IMG/VR virus record: IMGVR_UViG_3300032320_002231
Coordinates: 1-24,098 of that record
Origin: a virus
Lineage: Duplodnaviria; Caudoviricetes
DNA: 24,098 bases
Direction: 5' to 3' (one strand)
Positions 1 to 7,874 of this stretch are shown here, in pieces. The translations under genes were made by a program, and so were the position numbers. The notes beneath the pieces were generated by a model that worked only from the letters and a program-made list of their open reading frames with translations, did no database searches and had not been told where the DNA came from. Position 1 is the first letter of the stretch. Every line of letters begins with the position of its first letter.

Positions 1-51
1 GAGCCGGTAGGCTACGAGTATTTTGAGCATTTGCGCGAGGAGGGGGCATGA
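1..51 (+). CDS. 3' end of a hypothetical phage protein (partial, EPVGYEYFEHLREEGA*)
   Basis: Frame open from base 1 to TGA 49-51, which overlaps the next ATG (ATGA). Confidence 0.5.
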   Translation, partial: EPVGYEYFEHLREEGA

Positions 52-218
52 GCTTGACCACGAGGTTGATGGCTTTTGCTGGGTTTGTGACCATTGCGGA
101 CACAGGCCGTGCGGTGCACGTAATCATTGACCGGCGCAAACTTAACGCCCGGCTAAAGCCACACGATTCGGTACGTGGCTACTACAAAAAGCTAAAGCAC
201 GTAGAGAAGGGGCGGTGA
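48..218 (+). CDS. Small basic hypothetical protein (56 aa, MSLTTRLMAFAGF...KHVEKGR)
   Basis: Translated by hand (below ORF-track cutoff); GGAGG SD upstream; ATGA overlap with the previous ORF. Confidence 0.6.
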   Translation: MSLTTRLMAFAGFVTIADTGRAVHVIIDRRKLNARLKPHDSVRGYYKKLKHVEKGR

Positions 219-233
219 AACTTTTTTAAAAAT

Positions 234-353
234 ATGGCAAACAAAAACACAATGCGGAACCGAGTGTGGCGCGATGGCTACGGCCAGAAACGTGGGACTC
301 CGGTTGTAACCAAGCGTGAATTAAAAGAGGACAAAAGGAGCAAAAAACAATGA
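234..353 (+). CDS. Small basic hypothetical protein (39 aa, MANKNTMRNRVWRDGYGQKRG...)
   Basis: Translated by hand; fills the gap and ends in an ATGA overlap with the ORF at 350. Confidence 0.5.
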   Translation: MANKNTMRNRVWRDGYGQKRGTPVVTKRELKEDKRSKKQ

Positions 354-556
354 TTCAGCCAGCTGATGTCAGGGACCTAGATCAAGAAGGGGTAATTGGA
401 AAAATTAACCTTTCACAGGCTTGGAGCTCTGGGGTGCAGGACGCTTTTGAAAACGCCGCCAGGGACATGCGGATTCACGGATTAACCGCAAGGGTTGAAA
501 GACTGGAAAAGGTCTTAGAGAGCTTCATCAAAGAACAAAAAGGAGGACTGATATGA
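350..556 (+). CDS. Hypothetical protein with C-terminal coiled coil (68 aa)
   Basis: ORF track; AGGAG SD; ATGA overlaps at both ends; heptad LTARVERLEKVL. Confidence 0.7.
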   Translation: MIQPADVRDLDQEGVIGKINLSQAWSSGVQDAFENAARDMRIHGLTARVERLEKVLESFIKEQKGGLI

Positions 557-651
557 ATGAAATAGAAATGGCAATTCGTTTCATGATGCCGGTTTTCGTC
601 GTGGCAATTTTTGCCATGGTGTGGCCGTTACTTAGAAGTTGGGACGTCTAA
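553..651 (+). CDS. Small single-pass membrane peptide (32 aa, MNEIEMAIRFMMPVFVVAIFAMVWPLLRSWDV)
   Basis: Translated by hand; AGGAGG SD at 541-546; ATGA overlap upstream and TAATG overlap downstream; hydrophobic core. Confidence 0.65.
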   Translation: MNEIEMAIRFMMPVFVVAIFAMVWPLLRSWDV

Positions 652-1160
652 TGACCTACGCAGGTCACCATTGCGATGCGGCCGACCGGCCGGAGGCCAG
701 CCATACCCCCGATATGGCCAGCCTTTGCGATAACCCCGTCGAAGCGCTTTATCGTGAGGCGACGGAATCGTATAGCAGTGGTGGCCTGCCAGGTTTTCAA
801 AAATGGCTGACGATAACCACCGCAGATCAGGCTAGGCAGCTGACCGTGGAAACACTGTCCCGGGTGCTGCCGATATTGGTCAAGCCAGGTAATGTGCGCC
901 TGCGAGTGTATGCGCTGATGTTTGCGATCAATAGCGATGCGCTAAACGGGGTGTGGACGCAGACGGCCGCGGCCAAAGACATGGGGGTGACCCGTGCGGC
1001 TGTAAGCAAGCAGGTGCAGTGGTGGCTGGATTTCTTGGGATTTCGACGCAATGCGCACACGAAAAGCGCTGAGGCGGTGGAAAGTTACAGAACAGTGCAG
1101 CGGGAGCGGCACTGGAGGCGGCAAAACATTGGTAAAAAAGGAGTAAAAAAATGCAAATAA
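651..1160 (+). CDS. HTH DNA-binding protein (169 aa), sigma region-4-like/regulator
   Basis: Start moved to ATG 651 (TAATG coupling); HTH pattern TQTAAAKDMGVTRAAVSKQV near the C-terminus, followed by a basic tail. Confidence 0.7.
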   Translation: MTYAGHHCDAADRPEASHTPDMASLCDNPVEALYREATESYSSGGLPGFQKWLTITTADQARQLTVETLSRVLPILVKPGNVRLRVYALMFAINSDALNGVWTQTAAAKDMGVTRAAVSKQVQWWLDFLGFRRNAHTKSAEAVESYRTVQRERHWRRQNIGKKGVKKCK

Positions 1161-1783
1161 TTGAACTGAAGCGCTTGGACAGCGAGGGCCGGGCGGTGGA
1201 GAAGGTGCCCGGGGTGCAAATAACGCCCAATGGGCTGGTGTTTGAAAAGGCGTTGAACATTGAGCAGTGGAAAGAAGTAGGACTATGGCTGCAGAGCTGC
1301 CGGCGGGCGCAGACCTGGCTGGATGCGGACTGGCTAAATTATGGCAAAAAGTCTTATGACGAGGCGGATCTGCAGGAGGCTTTAGATCAGCTGGAGTTTA
1401 ACTTTGGGCCTAAAACAGACGCGTTGCTGACGCTCGCTAACGTGCCGATCGAGAAGCGGCGGCCGGGCCTGACGGCACAGCATTATCTGGAGCTACAAAA
1501 GCTGAAAACAGTCAAGGAGCAGGACAAATGGGCAAAGGTGGCCGAAGCCGAAAAGCTGACTCCTAACGATCTTAAAAGATCGATCGCATCTGGAGAAGTG
1601 GTCCGTGGATCTGACGAAAGATCAAGCGGGATTTTTACCCTCTCCGCCTGGGTAACTGAATTTGAAGTGTGGAGGCGGTCGCTGGATGACGGTTGGAGGG
1701 GTGACCTTAACTGGCACGCCAAGGTGCGCGAGCAGATCAAGCCGGTCATTGAGTTTGTGGAATACGTCAAGGCTAAGGATTAG
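1151..1783 (+). CDS. LmbU-like DNA-binding protein (210 aa)
   Basis: Motifs GLVF..LNIEQW..VG..L, W..ADWLNYG...Y, RRPGLT..HY.E and EQDKW...AE...T..DLK..I resemble the LmbU-family pattern; AAGGAG SD. Confidence 0.6.
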   Translation: MQIIELKRLDSEGRAVEKVPGVQITPNGLVFEKALNIEQWKEVGLWLQSCRRAQTWLDADWLNYGKKSYDEADLQEALDQLEFNFGPKTDALLTLANVPIEKRRPGLTAQHYLELQKLKTVKEQDKWAKVAEAEKLTPNDLKRSIASGEVVRGSDERSSGIFTLSAWVTEFEVWRRSLDDGWRGDLNWHAKVREQIKPVIEFVEYVKAKD

Positions 1784-2002
1784 GTGCTGGATCTAGCATG
1801 GCTACGTGACGTGCTGGGCACGTTACGAATGACCCTGGTCCGGATTCGGGAGGTAAACACCAATCCCGAAATCCGCGCGGCCATCACTTTAGTCGATGCA
1901 ATGGTACTGATGTTGGGAGAAAAAAAGGAGGAAAGCGATGGACAGCAAAATGATCGAGGAAGCAAAGAATTACAGGTTGATAATGCTGGAAAAGAAATCT
2001 GA
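1784..2002 (+). CDS. Hypothetical helical protein (72 aa)
   Basis: GTG start directly after the upstream TAG, with AAGGA SD; overlaps the next gene by 65 nt. Confidence 0.5.
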   Translation: MLDLAWLRDVLGTLRMTLVRIREVNTNPEIRAAITLVDAMVLMLGEKKEESDGQQNDRGSKELQVDNAGKEI

Positions 2003-2351
2003 GAATCATGATCGTGAACTTGATTTAATCAGGAAAATGGTTCACCGCTTAAGCGGCGAAATGGTTTTAAGGTCAGCTTTAAAACGGCCTGAATTAGCCT
2101 TGCCTGTTTTGGATGTGCCTAAGGAAATCAGTTATCGCCCGGTCAACGGCAAGAAGCAGCGTAACCGGGCATGTCATGTGGTGGCCCAGCGGTGGGGCTT
2201 TTGGCGCAAACAATATGAAGCGGGCATGACAATATCCATGATCGCGCAGGCGTGGGATTGCGATCATGCGACGGTGTGTAATGCAAAAAAATGTAATTGG
2301 AAGCCGTCAATTCGTGGAACGCGCCGAGGCTTACTGGTCAAGTCATGCTAA
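1938..2351 (+). CDS. Protein with a DnaA domain IV (Bac_DnaA_C)-like HTH (137 aa)
   Basis: R..HVVAQR....GMTISMIAQAWDCDHATVCNA parallels the DnaA C-terminal SL..IG..FG.RDHTTV.HA signature; GGAGG SD at 1927-1931. Confidence 0.65.
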   Translation: MDSKMIEEAKNYRLIMLEKKSENHDRELDLIRKMVHRLSGEMVLRSALKRPELALPVLDVPKEISYRPVNGKKQRNRACHVVAQRWGFWRKQYEAGMTISMIAQAWDCDHATVCNAKKCNWKPSIRGTRRGLLVKSC

Positions 2352-3211
2352 CGATTGAGGATCTAAAGGCTAAAATCCCACTCCCCGAGGCCGCAAGGAG
2401 ATTGGGCATTGCCGGCTTTCCAGACGGTCCTGGCAAAATGTGTAGCCCAATCAGGCAAGGTGACGACAACCCAAGTTTTTCAGTTTGGCAAGGAGATCGT
2501 GGCCTTGTTTGGACAGACCATGGAACAAAAGAAACCGGTGATCAGATCACGCTGATTGAGAAGATGCGCGGGGTAACGGCTAAGGAGGCTATCCGGATGA
2601 TGAGAGAGTGGGCAGGGGATCTGGCGCCTGTGTTAACCCGTAAGGACGGCAAGCCACAGCCAAGAATCGTGAGGGCATATAATTATTTAGACGCGGAAGG
2701 CAAGCTCAAGCACCAAACGCTGAGGTATGAGCCAAAGATGTTTCGGCAGAGGCGGCCGGCAGCTGAAGGTGAAAGAGCCGGGAACAAACAGGCCAGCCGC
2801 GACCGTGAAGGTAATTGGTGGTTATGGACGTTGGCTGGTATCACTCCGGTGCTGTATCGGTTGCCGGAGTTATTAGCCAACCCGGAACTGGTGGTGGGTA
2901 TCTTTGAAGGCGAAAAGGATGCGGATGCGGCGGCGGCCGCGGACGCCAAAATCGCTGCTACCACGTCTCCTATGGGAGCTGGGAAATGGCGTGAGGAATA
3001 TACACAGACGTTGGCAAAAAGGCGGGTGGTCATTGTGCCGGATCGAGACAAGGCAGGACAGGATCACGGCCTTTCAGTGGCCAAGGCCCTGCGGGATAAA
3101 GGTGGCTGCCAGGTTAGAATTGTGAGGTGGGAGCTGCTATGGCCGTCGGCTCCACTGGACGGAAAGGTGGATTTTTATGATTGGATGGATATCTGGAGGA
3201 AATCGGCATGA
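2345..3211 (+). CDS. DNA primase (degenerate CHC2 zinc-binding domain + TOPRIM), 288 aa
   Basis: Start ATG 2345 (MLTIEDLKAKI); CSPIRQGDDNPSFSV...WTDHGT..GDQITL; TOPRIM motifs IFEGEKDAD and IVPDRDKAG. Confidence 0.9.
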   Translation: MLTIEDLKAKIPLPEAARRLGIAGFPDGPGKMCSPIRQGDDNPSFSVWQGDRGLVWTDHGTKETGDQITLIEKMRGVTAKEAIRMMREWAGDLAPVLTRKDGKPQPRIVRAYNYLDAEGKLKHQTLRYEPKMFRQRRPAAEGERAGNKQASRDREGNWWLWTLAGITPVLYRLPELLANPELVVGIFEGEKDADAAAAADAKIAATTSPMGAGKWREEYTQTLAKRRVVIVPDRDKAGQDHGLSVAKALRDKGGCQVRIVRWELLWPSAPLDGKVDFYDWMDIWRKSA

Positions 3212-4821
3212 AGGACGGGCAGGTGCTGGATGCTTTATGGGAGGCCAGCGCAGATGTATCTGATTTTATTGGCCAGGTGGACACAGGGCCAGTTGTGGTC
3301 AGTAGTGTTTTGCCAAAGGTACGGCTTCCGGGTAATGGTCATCGTATAGGTCAAACAGCTGAGGATTTGGGCAAGGCTTTGCGTGACCAAGATCTGTTTG
3401 AAAGGGATGGCATTGTGCTGATGGTGAATCGCCGAGGCCGTCTGTCGGTAATGACATCTGAAAAGTTTCACAGCTGGATTGAGGACTACGTGGCACCCTA
3501 CAAGCTAGGCGAACACGGAGAGGAGGCGGCCAGTATGAGCGACAAGTGCGCGGCTGGTGTGCTGGCCAGCGAGCAGTTTATTCGGGAACTGCGGCCAATT
3601 CGGAGGGTGGCCACGGTAAGGCTGCCGGTGATTCGAAAGGATGGGACGCTAGAGCTATTACCAGAGGGGTATGATGCGGAGACGCAAGTGTTGACCAGGT
3701 CTGAAATGGAGCTGCAGGACGACATGAGTCTTGAGCAAGCAAAGGCGTTATTTGACGAGTGGATGGTGGATTTTCCGTGGCCGATCAATGAGGCGGAAGC
3801 TGGAAGGTCTAGGGCCGTGGCCTTGGCGGCAATGTTTGCACCTTATCTTGACCTTATGCTGGCACCCCGAGAACCGCGCCCAGCGTTCATCTTTTCAGCC
3901 AATTCGGAAGGGGCTGGAAAGACCTTGCTCTGCCGTCTGGCGGTTTGCCCGGTGTTTGGCCCTATGCGGATCACAGCACCACCCGAAGGAAGCGACAGCG
4001 AGGAGCTAACCAAGGCGCTTAACGCCGCGGCCATTAGTGGCGAACCTTATTTAGTGTTTGATAACTGGAGGGGTGAGATTAAGTCGTCCAGCTTGGAGGC
4101 ATTTATCACGGCAAATGTATGGGGCGGCCGTGTGCTTGGGCAGTCTAGAAACTTTGAGGTTGAGAAGTCATGCTTGATTTACGTCACCGCCAACACGGCA
4201 AGGGTCAACGCAGACATGCGGCGTAGATGTTTGCAGCTCTCTTTACACGTACAGGAAGCAAAAATTGAGGAGCGCAAATACAGTCGGGCAATCAGCGAGG
4301 AGGACATCTTGGCTGCACGGCCACAGTTGCTGGGGGCTTTGTGGGCTTTTGTTAAGCATTGGGATGACCAAGGCCGGACGCCAGGATCAGTAAATCACAG
4401 CAGCTTTCCAAGGTGGTCTGCTCAGGTGGGTGGGATTGTGCAGCTTGTTACAGGCATTCATCCGTGCACAGCTCCATTAGTAAGCGCTGACGACACGTTG
4501 GCCGACATGGAGAAAATGGTTGGTGCTATTATGGTCGATGAGTCACAACCTTTACTAGAGTTTCGTGCCGCCGAACTGATGAGCAAGTCAAGGGAGATGG
4601 GTCTATTTGCTTGGGTATTAGACGAAGATCCAAGTGATGATGACAGGCAGGTGCGCCGTGAACGGTCTGCTTTTGGAAAGATCTTAGCTAGGTTTGATGG
4701 CCGCACCTTTGGATTTAAAAGGTTAGAGGTGAAGGGTGAGGGCCACGCCCGCATGATTCAAATTCACCATGTTGCCCGTCATGTGTCTGACCATGCTGAG
4801 TCGCAACCCGCTCCCTTGTAA
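3208..4821 (+). CDS. Replicative helicase/ATPase, SF3 (primase-associated AAA+) type, 537 aa
   Basis: Start ATG 3208 (GGAGG SD, ATGA overlap with the primase); Walker A ANSEGAGKT, Walker B YLVFDN, motif C YVTAN, Arg finger DMRRRC; possible C-terminal winged helix. Confidence 0.85.
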   Translation: MKDGQVLDALWEASADVSDFIGQVDTGPVVVSSVLPKVRLPGNGHRIGQTAEDLGKALRDQDLFERDGIVLMVNRRGRLSVMTSEKFHSWIEDYVAPYKLGEHGEEAASMSDKCAAGVLASEQFIRELRPIRRVATVRLPVIRKDGTLELLPEGYDAETQVLTRSEMELQDDMSLEQAKALFDEWMVDFPWPINEAEAGRSRAVALAAMFAPYLDLMLAPREPRPAFIFSANSEGAGKTLLCRLAVCPVFGPMRITAPPEGSDSEELTKALNAAAISGEPYLVFDNWRGEIKSSSLEAFITANVWGGRVLGQSRNFEVEKSCLIYVTANTARVNADMRRRCLQLSLHVQEAKIEERKYSRAISEEDILAARPQLLGALWAFVKHWDDQGRTPGSVNHSSFPRWSAQVGGIVQLVTGIHPCTAPLVSADDTLADMEKMVGAIMVDESQPLLEFRAAELMSKSREMGLFAWVLDEDPSDDDRQVRRERSAFGKILARFDGRTFGFKRLEVKGEGHARMIQIHHVARHVSDHAESQPAPL

Positions 4822-5037
4822 TTGATTTCATTAAAAGTGTCATGGTCATCATGGTAAGTTGCCTATCTGCACCAAGTAACATTCATAGCCCTCCAGCGCG
4901 GGCGCGAGGGCGCGCGCGCGCGTTTGGGTACAGAGTTACCATGTTGACCATGTTATCATGTTCTTTAGTCGTTTTACTATATAGCCTTACAAAGCAGCAT
5001 GGTCAGCTACATGGTGCCCGCATGGTCTTTGGCCATG
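4752..5037. repeat. Dyad-symmetric CATG/ACCATG iteron array, probable replication origin
   Basis: 13 CATG copies (4752, 4768, 4780, 4792, 4841, 4850, 4940, 4949, 4957, 4998, 5010, 5021, 5034). Inverted pairs 4787-4798/4995-5006 (12/12) and 4841-4858/4935-4952 (16/18) share the axis 4896/4897. (CG)6 at 4911-4922. Confidence 0.75.
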
Positions 5038-5044
5038 ATTGTAA

Positions 5045-5090
5045 GGAATCTTTTAATCCTGAATACACTGCGGTGAAAACGACTCCCGTT
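5045..5090 (+). other. Candidate cos (packaging) site region
   Basis: Non-coding stretch just upstream of a Nu1/gpA-type terminase; GGAATCT...GCGGTGAAAACGACTCCCG loosely resembles the lambda cosQ-cosN layout. Mainly positional inference. Confidence 0.3.
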
Positions 5091-5123
5091 GATTTTGCGA
5101 GAGTAACCTTAGCGCACCCTAGG

Positions 5124-5147
5124 TTGACAGGTTTGGAGTTACCTGTG
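5124..5147 (+). promoter_or_regulatory. TTGACA-N15-GTG late-gene motif (terS)
   Basis: TTGACA 5124-5129; GTG start at 5145. Confidence 0.65.
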
Positions 5148-5747
5148 ACGGCCAGCGATTTAGCCAAAGAGTGGGGATGCAGCCGGCAGGCTGTGGCTAA
5201 GTGGGTTAAGCGAGGTATGCCATTGAATAGCATGGAGGAGGCCAGCGCATGGAGATCTGCCAATTCACAGCGCGCCCCCAGATGCAAAGTTGTACAGGCG
5301 GCCGCGGCCTACACGGATCCGGACGGGCCAATGAGCCTAGAGACGGCTTTGCCGGGTGAAACACCCGAACTAACCGAGGTAAGGGAAAGAGCTAACCGAG
5401 CAAAGGTAGCCGAGCGGGAGGCCATGAAACTTTTGGACCAAGCTAAGGAGGCCAAGGACGTGAACGGGATCCGGCTGGCCCTGGACAAGGTCATTGCCAC
5501 TCAAGAGCGTGCCCGGGATGCCGCCGAAGAACTGGGCAAAGCCCGGGCGGCGGCCGGGATCATAATGACAGTGACACAACACACGCAAACGGTGGAGCGG
5601 TTGGCTGCTGAATTTCAGCGTGGCCTAGAGGCGCTGGTCAATAATGGCAGCCGGCTGGTGGGCAAAAGCGCCCAAGAGATCCACGACATCATGCGGGAGG
5701 AAACCGGACGAACCTATGAGGCTATTAAGGACCGCATGATTGCATGA
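5145..5747 (+). CDS. Terminase small subunit, lambda Nu1-like (200 aa)
   Basis: Start moved to GTG 5145. N-terminal HTH ASDLAKEWGCSRQAVAKWVKRGMP resembles Nu1 (W...GMP); coiled-coil C-half; ATGA overlap with terL. Confidence 0.85.
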   Translation: MTASDLAKEWGCSRQAVAKWVKRGMPLNSMEEASAWRSANSQRAPRCKVVQAAAAYTDPDGPMSLETALPGETPELTEVRERANRAKVAEREAMKLLDQAKEAKDVNGIRLALDKVIATQERARDAAEELGKARAAAGIIMTVTQHTQTVERLAAEFQRGLEALVNNGSRLVGKSAQEIHDIMREETGRTYEAIKDRMIA

Positions 5748-7537
5748 CGATTACGTCATCATCATCAGTTCATGGGGTAGGGGCGGCGTTTAAGTTTCTC
5801 CGCCCTGCGGGGATGGACTCCGTCAGCAAGTGGGCGGAGCAGCATATTCGGTTTTCCGAAAGGTACAGTCCGAGCAAGCCGGGCAAGGTTAGTCTGGACT
5901 CCATGCCCTATTTGCGCGAGGTGCTCGATAGCGCCACGGCGCCTGGCGTGCATGAGCTGACGCTATGTTTTGCGGTACAGTGCGGAAAAAGCACGGCCTT
6001 GCAGCTGATGTTGGCGCATCGGCTTACGAACCGGGCAACGCCCTGCATGGTTGTCCTGCCGTCGTTAAAGCTGGCACGCTCCATCAGCGCGGACCGCTGG
6101 ATGGAATTGGTGCAGAGCAACCAATGCCTTAGCCGGCTTTGTCCGGACAATGACGATGAAATGAAGCTGGACGAGCAGAGATTTAAATCGGGAACGGTTT
6201 GGTGGGTTGGAGCAGGGTCTGAGAGCAATCTTAGTTCCCGCAGCGTCGGCATGAGCATTGCCGATGAGATCGACAAGTTTCCGGACTGGAACACGAAGGA
6301 GGCGGCGCCGCTACAGCTGATCGGGGCCCGGATGGAATCCTTTCCTCACTGGCTCTACGTTCAGGCGTCTACTCCGACGATCGACCAAGGGGTCAACATC
6401 TGGACAGAGTTTCAACGCGGTGACCAGCGCTACTACATAGTCGCATGCCGCGAGTGCCATCATCAATTCAACCTGGAGTGGGAGGGCATTAAGTGGGACG
6501 AGGCTTCTTTTCATTCAGATTCTGAGACGTGGAATTTTGAAAAACTAAAGGCCACGGCTTATTATGAGTGTCCTGGCTGCCGGCGCAAAATCCCCTTTAG
6601 CGAGCGCAATGAGATGCTGCGGCAGGGAAAATGGAAAGCCACAGCTCAAGGCGAGCCGGGACGCCGCAGCTATCACCTAAACGCGCTGTACAGCCCGCAC
6701 AAGACTTGGGGCGAGCTGGCTGTCATGTTTATCCAAGACAAAGAAAGCATCCGAGGGCTGCACCATTTTGTGAACAGCTATCTGGCCAAGCCATGGACTC
6801 CGGCCGCCGCCACAGTGAAGCCAAGCGCCATCGAGGACGTTATTAAGGCCAGCCCGGAGTATCTGCTGGGTGAGTGCCCGATGGATCCGGACGGGCTCAT
6901 GATGGCGGTGGACGTGCAACAGACGGAGCTATGGTACACGATCCGGTCCTACGGCAAAAACGCAGGGAAGCCATGGAGCGCGCTAGTGGACTACGGCCAG
7001 CTGATCGGCTGGGACGCAGTCCTGCAAAAGTTTGGGCAAAAGTATCCGGTGCGTAACAAGGTGGGTGAAGGTCAAAACTGTTTAGGCGGTTTTGTGGATT
7101 CTGGTTACGCGGCCCGGAGGACCGGAGGTGTGTACGAGTTTGTGATTAGGGCGGCCGGGAAGTTTTGGGCCAGCAAGGGCCGTGCAGCCAGTGCCGGGAT
7201 GCGGGCCAGCGTGGTGAAGCAGGTCATCGAGCATCTCGGCCGGACGCTGCCTTTGGTTCAGTACGACGATAATGTTTTCAAGCACACGCTCTACATCAAC
7301 AAAATCAAGGAGCGTACCGGTGCGGACTGGTGGCTGCCGCGCAATCTGGGACGCGACTACATCAGCCAGCTGACGAATGAACGGTTGGTGGAGCGCAAGC
7401 TGCGCTATGGGCAAAGAGAGCTGACCTGGGAGGTGGTGGGCGCAAACCACTTGGGCGATTGCGAGAAGCTGGTGCTCGTATTTTTGGAGCACGAACAAAA
7501 CCGGCCGCAGGAGGAAGCCGCTAAATTGACAGCATGA
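5744..7537 (+). CDS. Terminase large subunit, lambda gpA family (597 aa)
   Basis: SVSKWAE, PYLREVLD, Walker A AVQCGKST, Walker B SIADEID, STPT, GDQRYY..CxxC...CxxC, nuclease motifs AVDVQ, DSG and NHLGDC. Confidence 0.95.
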   Translation: MTITSSSSVHGVGAAFKFLRPAGMDSVSKWAEQHIRFSERYSPSKPGKVSLDSMPYLREVLDSATAPGVHELTLCFAVQCGKSTALQLMLAHRLTNRATPCMVVLPSLKLARSISADRWMELVQSNQCLSRLCPDNDDEMKLDEQRFKSGTVWWVGAGSESNLSSRSVGMSIADEIDKFPDWNTKEAAPLQLIGARMESFPHWLYVQASTPTIDQGVNIWTEFQRGDQRYYIVACRECHHQFNLEWEGIKWDEASFHSDSETWNFEKLKATAYYECPGCRRKIPFSERNEMLRQGKWKATAQGEPGRRSYHLNALYSPHKTWGELAVMFIQDKESIRGLHHFVNSYLAKPWTPAAATVKPSAIEDVIKASPEYLLGECPMDPDGLMMAVDVQQTELWYTIRSYGKNAGKPWSALVDYGQLIGWDAVLQKFGQKYPVRNKVGEGQNCLGGFVDSGYAARRTGGVYEFVIRAAGKFWASKGRAASAGMRASVVKQVIEHLGRTLPLVQYDDNVFKHTLYINKIKERTGADWWLPRNLGRDYISQLTNERLVERKLRYGQRELTWEVVGANHLGDCEKLVLVFLEHEQNRPQEEAAKLTA

Positions 7538-7547
7538 AAGGCGCGTG
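7526..7547 (+). promoter_or_regulatory. TTGACA-N13-GTG late-gene motif
   Basis: TTGACA 7526-7531 lies in the last codons of terL; GTG start at 7545. Confidence 0.65.
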
Positions 7548-7874
7548 GAGCGAGGTCTGCTTTTTTCCCTATGGATACAGTCGGCAAAGGATCCGGTTGC
7601 GACACGCCTTGCTCTTGAAGCAATCGCCGCAAATCAATACAGCACATTTAATAACGGAGGCCGCGTGATGGTTAGCGCATCAGTTGCAGGCAAGTCTTTT
7701 AGCTACCAGTTACAGCCAGGAATCAACCCGGCAAACATTGCTCAGGCGGCCTACGAGCTTTGGGCCCGCGTCAAAGACTATACCACCAGTGCAGAGCTTG
7801 AAAATTACCTGACCAAATCCACCGGCCAGACCAGTTACCCTAACTTTGGCGTGATGTCGCCCATAAATACATGA
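7545..7874 (+). CDS. Head completion/head-tail joining protein (gpW position), 109 aa
   Basis: Small gene between terL and portal; helix-hairpin (SASVAGKSFSY)-helix pattern as in gpW. Confidence 0.65.
   Translation: MERGLLFSLWIQSAKDPVATRLALEAIAANQYSTFNNGGRVMVSASVAGKSFSYQLQPGINPANIAQAAYELWARVKDYTTSAELENYLTKSTGQTSYPNFGVMSPINT

Noticed and set aside
1781-1786. TAG followed at once by in-frame GTG (stop-codon recoding or readthrough)
   Set aside because: The downstream ORF has its own SD, other TAGs (15657, 23054) behave as true stops, and core genes are intact in the standard code.
2438-2545. Primase zinc finger lacking most CHC2 ligands as a novelty
   Set aside because: Cys-poor variants of this domain are, to my knowledge, common in phage and mobile-element primases.
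4752-5037. CRISPR-like or tandem repeat array
   Set aside because: Units are only 4-9 bp, occur in both orientations and lack repeat-spacer periodicity; no cas genes.
4842-5144. 101-aa N-terminal extension of terS in the ORF track
   Set aside because: It runs through the iteron array (its ATG is part of a CATG repeat); the Nu1-like HTH begins at GTG 5145.
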